64,000 bases of DNA, taken from assembly GCA_003194425.1 (NCBI GenBank), contig PQXB01000001.1, positions 135,265 to 199,264 of the forward strand. Direction: 5' to 3'. How positions within the stretch are numbered: position 1 is the stretch's first letter; the number at the start of each line of letters is the position of its first letter. The translations under genes were made by a program, and so were the position numbers. The stretch is from Candidatus Methanophagaceae archaeon (GTDB lineage Archaea > Halobacteriota > Syntropharchaeia > Alkanophagales > Methanospirareceae). The notes under the pieces are model-generated. The model saw only the letters and a list, made by a program, of their open reading frames with translations. It had not been told where the DNA came from and made no database searches. Shown in pieces: positions 44,453-53,421 of the stretch.

Positions 44453-46285
44453 CTATGTGCGATCGATACACGTATATCTAAATTTCTTTTTTACATTCCA
44501 CACTTTCACTACTGCCCATGTTAAGGCAAGGAACCATGCACTTGGTGAGATTATCTTAGCAAGGATAGCTGAGATAATACACACAACAATAAAGAGCCCT
44601 ATTTCGCCACCCATTAAGAATTGTTTTTCTTTTTCGACCTTGGATTTACACATAGCAATTATTTCATTCTCCTTAATTTCATTCTCCTTATCCCTCTCCT
44701 TGTTTTTTACATCTGACTCAACAACACCTAACGCTTTTTTAATTTTGCCAACTTCTGTTAGACATTGATCTTCACGTTTTTTGTCTTCTGCTATATTAAA
44801 CACCTTGCTAAGTGATTCTAAACAATTTACTAATGTAATACTATCGCCGCATTGCTTAGCATAGCCACCAGCTACAAACAATCTTTTCTGAGCTAAATCC
44901 ATTCTACCTTTCCTTAGATAGCATAGCCCCGCAGCGTAGCTGGAAAGTCCAAGACAATAGGGGTCATAGGTTTTTCCAGAAAGCCATGAAGTCCAGAACA
45001 GAGGATCATTCCCCCTCCACTCCCACTCACCCGGAATCTTGGCAACCATCATGCTGAGGCACTCGATTACCTCCCTATGCCGTCCCATATTCATATACCG
45101 ATCTGCGGTTTTTAATAAGGATTCAAGTGCTTTTTCATACTCTTTTAGAACAATCAGCGCAAGCCCATGATTCTTTAGTGCCTTAGTAACAAGCCATGGA
45201 TCATCACTTCCACGGATGATCTTATCTGACTGTGCTGCAATAAAAGTAGCTTCCTCCTTTGATGGGTCAAGAAGAATTATTTCAGAAAAGAAGTTCTTCC
45301 ATGCCATTTCATTGATACCCGAAGCCCACCTGAGTAGGAATTTATTTTGGCGAGTTTTCATTTTATCTTCTTTACCCTGATCATATTTTTCGTCGGCGTC
45401 TTTATCTAAGAGTCTTGCAAAAATACTCTTTTGGTCCGCGCCTACTAATTTACAATTAGGGCATTCGCGACCAAAAGCTTTGATGTTACCTGTTAGGCTG
45501 ACCTCATTATTCCGCAGCACCCAATAAACACCCTTCGCCGTTTTGGCAGTGCTTAGGATTACTGGAAAAATATCATCGTCGTTGCCACTGTATCCTACAA
45601 TTAAAACGGTGTAGGATCTAAAGACGACACGAAGAAGGTCTGAAAGATCTTTTTTTAGATTAAGTCCTGCCAGTCTAAGAGTAAATATTATGCTTGCTTT
45701 TTCGTCTAAAGTGCCATGAAGCTTAACTACGGGCAGGTGTGACTCGTCTGACCCCTTATTATTCAAGGAGTTTAACAAGCCTTGACGCACAGAATTCACA
45801 TAAAGTTTGTATTTATTAAGGCTTACTTTCTCTAATGCTTTCTCTATATATGTATCAAAATTCGTTGTTAGGACAATTGGTATCTTATATTCACGAGCGA
45901 TATATGCGATATTGGAGTGGTTGCAATTGGGTATGCCCATATTCAAAATATCTATAAAACCAAAGAAATTCTCTCGAAGATTACTATGCAAAATTTGACA
46001 GAACAATTCAGGTTTTATTCTTTTTGTACGACAATTAATAAAACTGTGGAAGTCATCAAGTCCGCTGTGTGCACTTTTTGCGGAATCTATTACAAGATCC
46101 ATTAGCTCCTTCGAGAGTGGACAAGAGGAAGGAGGATCCTTAGAAATCCCCGCACCCACAAAGATAACAAGTTCATTCGACTTTGCTTTTTTAAGCTCTT
46201 GAACAGCACTCTCAAGATCAACCAACTCTCTTAATTCATTTTTTACCATATCTTGCCTTTGACAATTATCTTTTTCTTTAATCAT
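44453..46285 (-). CDS. SIR2_2-domain protein with TPR-like helical middle region and 1-2 C-terminal TM helices (candidate NADase effector)
   Basis: SIR2_2 motifs VIFVGAGIS, VLTTNFD, VVKLHGT. C-terminal IGLFIVVCIISAILAKIISPSAWFLALTWAVV. Confidence 0.7.
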   Translation of the reverse strand: MIKEKDNCQRQDMVKNELRELVDLESAVQELKKAKSNELVIFVGAGISKDPPSSCPLSKELMDLVIDSAKSAHSGLDDFHSFINCRTKRIKPELFCQILHSNLRENFFGFIDILNMGIPNCNHSNIAYIAREYKIPIVLTTNFDTYIEKALEKVSLNKYKLYVNSVRQGLLNSLNNKGSDESHLPVVKLHGTLDEKASIIFTLRLAGLNLKKDLSDLLRVVFRSYTVLIVGYSGNDDDIFPVILSTAKTAKGVYWVLRNNEVSLTGNIKAFGRECPNCKLVGADQKSIFARLLDKDADEKYDQGKEDKMKTRQNKFLLRWASGINEMAWKNFFSEIILLDPSKEEATFIAAQSDKIIRGSDDPWLVTKALKNHGLALIVLKEYEKALESLLKTADRYMNMGRHREVIECLSMMVAKIPGEWEWRGNDPLFWTSWLSGKTYDPYCLGLSSYAAGLCYLRKGRMDLAQKRLFVAGGYAKQCGDSITLVNCLESLSKVFNIAEDKKREDQCLTEVGKIKKALGVVESDVKNKERDKENEIKENEIIAMCKSKVEKEKQFLMGGEIGLFIVVCIISAILAKIISPSAWFLALTWAVVKVWNVKKKFRYTCIDRT

Positions 46286-47361
46286 AGATAGCCTCTATCG
46301 AATATAGCAGCAGTAGGAATTCTTTTACGCACTTCGGACAGAAGGATTTTTTCATCACGCTTTGACAGGGTCGAGGTATTGTATGCCCACCTAAGTCCGT
46401 TTTTTGAATATAAAACCAGAAGCCTGTCAGTTCCAGAAATAATGTTATGCCTTTCGCGTAGGGTTGCTTTCTCAATATCTGACCACCGCAAGCCAAATGG
46501 CCTGCCTAAACCGGAAATAAAAATTCCTTCATCAAGTAATGTTATCTTTTGTAAATGTACAATAATTGTTTGAAGAATAAGATAAAGGGAGGATAATCCC
46601 CCTAAAACGCCCAAGAGGATACTAATTAATCCTGTTTTTTCATACCTGAACCTGATATAAATCAGTAATAAGGCTGTTACAGCGGGGGAAATAGTCCAAA
46701 TAAATGACCGAATAAACGAACGCATAGTTGGTTTAAAAGTTTGACCCATAATCTTTGGTAGAGCAGGGGGTTGGTGACCTTTTATGTACTTTACTAATTC
46801 TCCTATGGTTGTGCCGTAAGGGAAACTTAGCATAAACAGAAACAGCGATAATTCGCCCAGTAGCTGACCCTCTAAGTTTACAAGGCTCCAAATAAAGAGA
46901 TAAAAAGATGAAGTGAGTAAGGCAATAATTGGAGCTCTTTTGTAGAGATGAAAGCCCATTAGTTCAAACATCAGGCTCATCTTATCTGTCCAATCTATAT
47001 TTTCAGTAAGAAAGATTCTCTCCATTTCGACACCCTTTTCAAGTTCAATCAATTGTGCTGCCCGAAGATTATATTCCTCATCCCTTAGCTTAATTCTCTG
47101 CGAAAATGTATCGAATGGATTAATAGAAACTCGTGTTGACCGGCCACAAATATAACCTATTGCAAAAGGAATTGCTACTGTTATTATTCCCAATGGATGA
47201 AAAGGTGCCAAAAGAAAAGAGATTATGATGGCTACTAAATGAGGAACTCCAGCACGCCTAATTCTAAATATTTTGAAAATGACCCAGAAGAATACAAAAC
47301 TTACGCACAAAGTGGTGCCTATGACATACAAAAGTGTCATGTTCTCGTTCATGGTAATCAT
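46282..47361 (-). CDS. Polytopic membrane protein with a C-terminal soluble (PH-like) domain, in operon with the SIR2 gene
   Basis: At least 6 predicted TM helices; 4-nt overlap with the SIR2 gene. Confidence 0.5.
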   Translation of the reverse strand: MITMNENMTLLYVIGTTLCVSFVFFWVIFKIFRIRRAGVPHLVAIIISFLLAPFHPLGIITVAIPFAIGYICGRSTRVSINPFDTFSQRIKLRDEEYNLRAAQLIELEKGVEMERIFLTENIDWTDKMSLMFELMGFHLYKRAPIIALLTSSFYLFIWSLVNLEGQLLGELSLFLFMLSFPYGTTIGELVKYIKGHQPPALPKIMGQTFKPTMRSFIRSFIWTISPAVTALLLIYIRFRYEKTGLISILLGVLGGLSSLYLILQTIIVHLQKITLLDEGIFISGLGRPFGLRWSDIEKATLRERHNIISGTDRLLVLYSKNGLRWAYNTSTLSKRDEKILLSEVRKRIPTAAIFDRGYL

Positions 47362-47367
47362 CTCCTT

Positions 47368-47853
47368 CTATTCTCTTTGTGCTTTGATAATACTATCGAG
47401 AATAATAGAGCAAATTATCCCTCCTGTATACCCTATACTTGGCGCAAGGAGAAAAAAGATAGTGTTGAATTTTAAAATGCCAATAGCCTCAAGCCATTCT
47501 TGGCCGATATCTTTGTTAATGAAGAATGATAATGCGGCAGAAAGAATAGCTATGTTAGCCATAACTATACAAAACCACCCAATACCAAAGAATTTTGCAG
47601 GTGTCAAGATATCAGAACCCATTGCTGAATAAGATAATACGGAAATACTTGAAAATCCGATTCCGAAGATAACGGCAATCACAGGATAAATCACCAACAA
47701 CATTTTCATTTTATTTTCGTACTCTCCGAGGATCTCCCATGAGTTGCTGATTGTACCTTGAAATATTTCCATTGCAATCCACAATGTTAAGTAGAAAAAG
47801 AACAAGTAGCCAAATATAAAGCCGAAGGTTGATGCTTTACTTATTTTTTGCAT
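47368..47853 (-). CDS. Four-TM membrane protein, hypothetical
   Basis: Hydrophobic throughout; 6-nt gap downstream and 13-nt overlap upstream within the operon. Confidence 0.45.
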   Translation of the reverse strand: MQKISKASTFGFIFGYLFFFYLTLWIAMEIFQGTISNSWEILGEYENKMKMLLVIYPVIAVIFGIGFSSISVLSYSAMGSDILTPAKFFGIGWFCIVMANIAILSAALSFFINKDIGQEWLEAIGILKFNTIFFLLAPSIGYTGGIICSIILDSIIKAQRE

Positions 47854-48677
47854 TCTGATTCATCTGCCTTTGAGCTTTTAATCTGTTTGATTTCATCCAG
47901 CATACTTTCTGTTAGTTTTATGTCTTCATATTTTCCTATTTCTCTGTCTATATAAAGACTACGTTCATATTTCTCTTTCGCCATCTCATATTTTCCCTGA
48001 ATATGCTCTATTTCGGCGAGCCTAAAGATAGCACCGCTTATGACAGAAAGTATTTCATGGTTGTTTGGTGACTTGCTGTTCAGTGATTCCGCAATCACAA
48101 GTGCCTTTTCTACTGCCCCGGCTGCTTTGTCTAAATACTGCTGCTGACGATACAGAAGCGACAACTGATAATAAACAGCTACAACGTTTAATTCATGGCA
48201 GATAGATTCCGCATCTGTTTCAGACTTACTCGTAAGACGCTTCTGAATTTCGAGAGCTTGGAGATATAAGAACTCCGCCTTTTTCAACCTATTATTATTC
48301 CGAAGCTCTTCAATGAATTTTTTGGATCTTGGATTGTGCCAGTTTCCGGTGTAAGTGGTCTCATGGAGAAACTTGGCACGGTTATAGAGACGCTGAGATT
48401 TCGGAGTAAGAAATCGAGAGATAAAAAAGACAATTAGTCCACACATAGGAAACGAGATGCTTTCCCAAGAATTGAGGGAGAATTCCAATTTACCGATTGA
48501 CTGCCACACCATCATTCCAATAAAGCAAAATAGAGCAAATGTTACTTTTTTGTTTTTCTGACCCTCCAATCCTAACCTTATCCAACCTTTCTTCCCAATT
48601 TCCCAACCAATCAAAGCATTTGCTATTAATCCCACTACAATAAAGCAATACAGATCGAAAATAAATTGTTGTGTCAT
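47841..48677 (-). CDS. Membrane-anchored TPR-repeat protein (3 N-terminal TM plus TPRs)
   Basis: N-terminal TM helices followed by TPR-like AEFLYLQALEIQKRL / AVYYQLSLLYRQQQYLDKA repeats. Confidence 0.5.
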   Translation of the reverse strand: MTQQFIFDLYCFIVVGLIANALIGWEIGKKGWIRLGLEGQKNKKVTFALFCFIGMMVWQSIGKLEFSLNSWESISFPMCGLIVFFISRFLTPKSQRLYNRAKFLHETTYTGNWHNPRSKKFIEELRNNNRLKKAEFLYLQALEIQKRLTSKSETDAESICHELNVVAVYYQLSLLYRQQQYLDKAAGAVEKALVIAESLNSKSPNNHEILSVISGAIFRLAEIEHIQGKYEMAKEKYERSLYIDREIGKYEDIKLTESMLDEIKQIKSSKADESECKK

Positions 48678-48716
48678 TTTTTTATGTTATTTCCAAACTT
48701 GAGCTCGCACACACTT

Positions 48717-50975
48717 TTATTTATCATCAGAACCCTTCTCTGTTACCAACCTCGGCACGAGCGTCGAGTACCGCCCCAACTGAATCCCGTATTTTTTGTT
48801 GTACTCTGCCATTTCCATCAGTTCGCCAGACCTGTGCCTCGCCCGTTTTATCCGCATTCCCTCAATCTCCCACCCGTGCTCCTCCTTCAACTTCCGCAGC
48901 AACTCCGCCCGCCGCATCACATGCAACTCCTGCTCGGACCGCACGAACAAGTGCCAGTCGTCTGAATATTCGCCAAAGAAATTTTTGTAAGCCTCGTTCT
49001 CCGCCTCCAGACTCGCAAGCCTGGGGTCTCGCAAGGCAAGCGGGCGGTGCAGCAGTTTCGCACTCATCGCGATCGCCTCCTCCTTCGTCTCCACCGGCAC
49101 GAGCATGTGCACTGGACACGGTTCGACCTCCTTCTTCTCACCCGTCACACCGTCGTACATCCACCACTTGCTCCTGTCGTTTTTGTCGCCCAGGAAGAAC
49201 CGCTTGAAGTTGCTTGAACACGAAGGTGAACACGAAGGTGAACACGAAGGTGAACACGAAGGACCGACGACGACAGGAATGCCCGACCTGACGAGACCCG
49301 ACGCAACCGCGAACATCGTCTCCGTCCACGCACCCCAAATTATCGCGACCACGGGCAGCCGAGCGTAGAGGTAGTCGGCAATCTGCGTCCAGTTCGCTTT
49401 CGGCACGTAGCCACTCCCAACCAACGCACCGCGGTAGACCGCAGCAGGAACGTGCGAAATCGCAGTGCAGCCCCCGAAATTCACCAACCCCTTCAGCACT
49501 CCAGCCGCGATGTACTGCTCGAACAAGAACTTCCGCCCCCCTTCCTCCTCGTCAAAATACTTCGCAACGTCCGCAGCAACGCAGCCCGAAACCGTGACAA
49601 GAGCGTTCCGCTCCAGAAAATACCTCGCAATTTCCGCTACTTCTTTCCCGTTCCCTGAACCCTCGCAGTCTCCGCGGTCTCCACAGCCCAGAATATTTAT
49701 CATTCCCGGCCCGTTCCCGCCTAAAATAATCCCGAAGGTCAGGTCCCGCCACTCCAACTCCGACATCGGACCCCGCCCAGCCCGCATAAGAAACTTGTCT
49801 TGCTTTATTTTACCTTTTTTCTTTGGTATTTTTTTCACCCCCACCACCAGCCGAACAGCGAGTTCGCCCGCCTTCTCTGGACCAGAAATTCGCACGCCCG
49901 GCAGGTCCTTCTCCAACACCTCGCTGACCAAATCCTGCACCGTCTTCGCTGACCTCTCCTCTAACTCCAAATCCAACCCGCAGGCGACCACCTTCGCACC
50001 CACCCGCTTCGCCTCCTCTAAAACATCAAGCTCAAAGCACAATTCTCCGCTGACCACGACCACATCGGGAATGCCTGCTCTGAAAACCTCCCTCGCCTTC
50101 ACCGCCGACGCGAGAACCTTTCCGCGTTTGTAAAATCTTGGAATGTCGTGCCCCACCGCACCGACGCCGCAAATTTCTACCGCCTCCTCCAATCCCGCTC
50201 CCGACCTTCTCAAATACTCAACCGCGAACCACGCCGGCAAGAAATCGCTGCCAAGAAAGACCACAACCGGCTTGCTCGTGTCAGCCGCACCGAGACCAAC
50301 TTCGGTCTCGACCGGCGGGAAGTCAGTGTACTCGGTCGCAGGACGCGTGCCTGCGTTGTAGAACCCGAAGCAGCACATTTTTAGCGTCTCTGCAATTTCC
50401 ATCGCGAGAAATGTAAGCGAGCCCGCGTGCAACGCCTTCTCTTCAAATTCCTCCGCACTCTCTCCGCCCTGTTCTTGAGCGAGAAGCAATTTTGAGAGCT
50501 GCGATTCCGCGTAGCACAACGCCCTCTCCGCCTCGCCCAAATCTTTCGTGTAAAACCCGGTCAGCAGTGAGGTGTTCATTGAGGGGTAGGTAACTGACTT
50601 CCCAATCTCAAGTTCCTTCTCTCGCCCAAACCGTTCTACCGAAAAATCAAGCAGACGCCTCGCAACCCCCAACTGCCGAGACAGCCCTTTACAAGCCTCC
50701 TGCAAACTCTGCCTCGCTTGCTTCGCCTGCTCTTCCTTTTTCAGCTTTTCTTCCTTTTTCAGATTTAGTTCGGCGTTCGCGTAGACCGCGGGGTACCTGT
50801 TCAGAAGCACGCTGTCCCACTCTTCGATGTCCGCAGCGTCTGCAAAAATGTTCAACCTCGGCTTCCACTGTTCCAGCTGTCCTCGCTCGCCCATTTCCCT
50901 GAGTATTTCGCGGGCGATTCGTTCCTTCTCTTTCTCTTTCTCCTTCTCTTCCCCCTTCCCCTTCTCTTCCTCCAC
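48717..50975 (-). CDS. Large (752 aa) conserved hypothetical protein with KE-rich N-terminus and a (PSCS)4 repeat
   Basis: Long GC-rich ORF with coding-like composition. 12-nt x4 repeat at ~49207-49262. No family confidently recognised. Confidence 0.5.
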   Translation of the reverse strand: MEEEKGKGEEKEKEKEKERIAREILREMGERGQLEQWKPRLNIFADAADIEEWDSVLLNRYPAVYANAELNLKKEEKLKKEEQAKQARQSLQEACKGLSRQLGVARRLLDFSVERFGREKELEIGKSVTYPSMNTSLLTGFYTKDLGEAERALCYAESQLSKLLLAQEQGGESAEEFEEKALHAGSLTFLAMEIAETLKMCCFGFYNAGTRPATEYTDFPPVETEVGLGAADTSKPVVVFLGSDFLPAWFAVEYLRRSGAGLEEAVEICGVGAVGHDIPRFYKRGKVLASAVKAREVFRAGIPDVVVVSGELCFELDVLEEAKRVGAKVVACGLDLELEERSAKTVQDLVSEVLEKDLPGVRISGPEKAGELAVRLVVGVKKIPKKKGKIKQDKFLMRAGRGPMSELEWRDLTFGIILGGNGPGMINILGCGDRGDCEGSGNGKEVAEIARYFLERNALVTVSGCVAADVAKYFDEEEGGRKFLFEQYIAAGVLKGLVNFGGCTAISHVPAAVYRGALVGSGYVPKANWTQIADYLYARLPVVAIIWGAWTETMFAVASGLVRSGIPVVVGPSCSPSCSPSCSPSCSSNFKRFFLGDKNDRSKWWMYDGVTGEKKEVEPCPVHMLVPVETKEEAIAMSAKLLHRPLALRDPRLASLEAENEAYKNFFGEYSDDWHLFVRSEQELHVMRRAELLRKLKEEHGWEIEGMRIKRARHRSGELMEMAEYNKKYGIQLGRYSTLVPRLVTEKGSDDK

Positions 50976-50997
50976 TGCCTCTTCCTCCGCGGGGTTG

Positions 50998-51234
50998 TTA
51001 AAAAATATCCACCTCTGCCACGCAGTTCGGACAGACGACCCGCTTTTTTACCGCTTCTCCTGTAATTCCGGGGGTCGTAACGCCTTTTATTCGGTGCGCA
51101 GGGTGCGTGTCTTCCACCGTTACCTCCACCGAGCAGGTTTCACACAGCGGAACGCCGCAGAGACTGCACTTCGCTCTCGCTTCCCGCTCTTTACAAACTC
51201 CGCAAACGCCGCAAACGCCGCAAGCCTCTCCCAT
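50998..51234 (-). CDS. Small Cys-rich zinc-ribbon protein with a (CGV)3 repeat
   Basis: CGVCGVCGVC...CSLCGVPLCETC...CPNC motifs. Confidence 0.4.
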   Translation of the reverse strand: MGEACGVCGVCGVCKEREARAKCSLCGVPLCETCSVEVTVEDTHPAHRIKGVTTPGITGEAVKKRVVCPNCVAEVDIF

Positions 51235-51285
51235 CTTTTCTACAAATCATTTAAAAAATAAAAAATTGTTAGGAACAATTCAGCA

Positions 51286-52560
51286 ATGAAAAAAGAAGAG
51301 GTTCTCTTCTCTGCGGAGGAGTGCGAATTCAGAGCCGAGTTGCGAGATTTTCTTGAGCGCGAGGACGCGAAGGGGGCAGAGCGGGAAATATTTGAGCAGG
51401 ATTTTTATCCGCGGGAACTTTACGAGCGGTTGGGGAAAGCGGGTTTCTTGGCGCCGGTGCTGCCCGCGGAGTTCGGCGGTAAGGAAGAGGAAGGCGGGAG
51501 TAAAAGAGGAGGGAGTGAGGGAGGGGGTAAATTGGTGTACGAGGCGGTGTTGGCGGAGGAGCTCGGTGCTGCCTGCGTGCCGCTTGCCTGGATTCACTCA
51601 ACCTCCTCCTACGCCTACGCGACGATTTTGAGGTACGGGAGCGAGGAGCAGAAGAGGCGGTTCTTGCCCGCGATGAAACGGGGCGAGAAGGTCGGTGCTG
51701 TCGCGATAACCGAGCCAGAGGCGGGGAGCGACGTAATGCGGATTCAGACGAGGGCGGAGTTGCGAGCGAGAGGCGGTGAATTTCTGTTAAGCGGCGAAAA
51801 GCGAAACATCACAAACGGGAGCCAAGCAGACTTGCTTTTGGTCTGGGCGGTGACGAACCCCGAGGTTGACCCTGCGCGGGGGCTGAGCGTTTTTATCGTG
51901 GAGCCTGGTGAAGGTGGAGGACCTGGTGAAGGTGGAGGAGAAGGGTTTGAAGTAGTGGAGGATTTCAAGTTGTTAGGCGGGTTTCCGGGGACTGTAAATT
52001 CTCGCCTGCGGTTTGACGAGTTGAGCGTGCCGAGGGGGAACTTGCTCGGCGAAGAGAGCGGGGAGAACGCGGGAGCGAGGATTTTGTTCGACGAGCTCAC
52101 GGTTGAGCGGGTCTTGTACGCGGCGATGCTGGTCGGCGAGGCGAGACCTGTGCTCGAACTCGCAGCGGACTACTCGGCAGAGCGGGAGCAGTTCGGAACG
52201 CAAATAAGCAGGTTCGAGGCGGTGAGCTTCAAAATCGCAGACGCAGCTGCAAAGTTAGAGGCTGCAAAGTTGATGATTTTTTACACTGCGAGGTTGCTCG
52301 ACGCGGACGCGGGCTTCAGTGCAGAGAAGGAGTCAGCAATCTCGAAACTGCTCGCTTCCGAGGCGTTCTACGAAGTCGCTCACAGCACCCTCCAAATTCT
52401 CGGCAGCAGAGGGGTCTCCGACGAGTACCCTGCTGAGTGGGCGTTCAGAATGGCGAGGCTCTCAATGATTCCCGCAGGGACGAACGAGATTATGCGGTTC
52501 ATCGTGCAGCGCGAGATTTACAAGGAGCGCAAGGAGCGTAAGCGTAAGACAAAAACATGA
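51286..52560 (+). CDS. Acyl-CoA dehydrogenase (second copy) with Gly/Glu-rich insertions
   Basis: ACAD domain motifs ([11 protein letters not shown]). 21-nt x2 repeat at ~51898-51945. Confidence 0.8.
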   Translation: MKKEEVLFSAEECEFRAELRDFLEREDAKGAEREIFEQDFYPRELYERLGKAGFLAPVLPAEFGGKEEEGGSKRGGSEGGGKLVYEAVLAEELGAACVPLAWIHSTSSYAYATILRYGSEEQKRRFLPAMKRGEKVGAVAITEPEAGSDVMRIQTRAELRARGGEFLLSGEKRNITNGSQADLLLVWAVTNPEVDPARGLSVFIVEPGEGGGPGEGGGEGFEVVEDFKLLGGFPGTVNSRLRFDELSVPRGNLLGEESGENAGARILFDELTVERVLYAAMLVGEARPVLELAADYSAEREQFGTQISRFEAVSFKIADAAAKLEAAKLMIFYTARLLDADAGFSAEKESAISKLLASEAFYEVAHSTLQILGSRGVSDEYPAEWAFRMARLSMIPAGTNEIMRFIVQREIYKERKERKRKTKT

Positions 52561-53421
52561 ATAAAACAGAAATAGGGTCTGCAACTGCGAAGGGAGGATT
52601 TGTAAATGAAAAGAGTATTTGCAAGAAGTTTAACAGTTGGAAAAAGGATAAAGAGGCTCAAATTTGGCTCAGGATTATGGGATATAAAGTAGAAAAGATT
52701 GATTCTGTAGAAGCAATTCAAATTCCAACCAGAATTAAGAAGAGTGAAATAGAAAAATTTGGGATAAGCGAAGAGGATTTTGAGGGTTAGCGAAGAGGAT
52801 TTTGAGGGTTTGATGCGATTCAAGAAAGCCGACGCTCAGATAAGAATTGTCATTACTATCGGCGAGATTTTGAAGGTAGAGAATTTGTCTTTAAAGAAGG
52901 CTAATTCTGACGCAGATTATAATCAGGTGGATAAGCGGAGGGTTGATTCGTATCAAAAGATGTGGAGTTTTGACGACGAAATAGCCTACTGGTTAAAGCT
53001 TTTCACGGGTGAGAACAATCCTAAATCGTTTGCTAAACTCGTGGGTGAAGTTGAATTGAGAGACAAAAGGAGGTTATTTTTTGATGAAATGCCTGAGGAG
53101 ATTTGGACTAAAATTATAACATTTTTTGAAGAAAATAGGATAATTGTTGTTAGCGATATTTTAAAGGGGCGAGGCGGACTTTCAGCCAACTGGATGCTGG
53201 TCACGAGGTACAACAAAAATGAGGAGACTACTACTTGGACACTCAAAGATATTAACACCGTTATGAATTTCTTTGGTGGGGGGGAGGTAAAAATATCGCC
53301 GAGAGGAAGTTTGTATTTAGGTAAAATCACAATGCAGAGAAAAGGCGGAACTCCAGACCCTACAAAACTACAGTTCAAGATAAAACCCTGTCAGTTGTTT
53401 AGCCTGGGGGAACGACAATGA
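52557..53421 (+). pseudogene. Type II restriction endonuclease-like gene disrupted by a 22-bp tandem duplication (frameshift)
   Basis: ORFs 52557-52790 and 52780-53421 lie in different frames. Exact duplication agcgaagaggattttgagggtt x2 at 52767-52810. Removing one copy restores ...ISEEDFEGLMRFKK... The gene is followed with 4-nt overlap by an MTase. Confidence 0.55.

Noticed and set aside
48671-50133. Plus-strand ORFs of 178 aa and 222 aa
   Set aside because: Antisense to the 752-aa minus-strand gene, which has the coherent long ORF.
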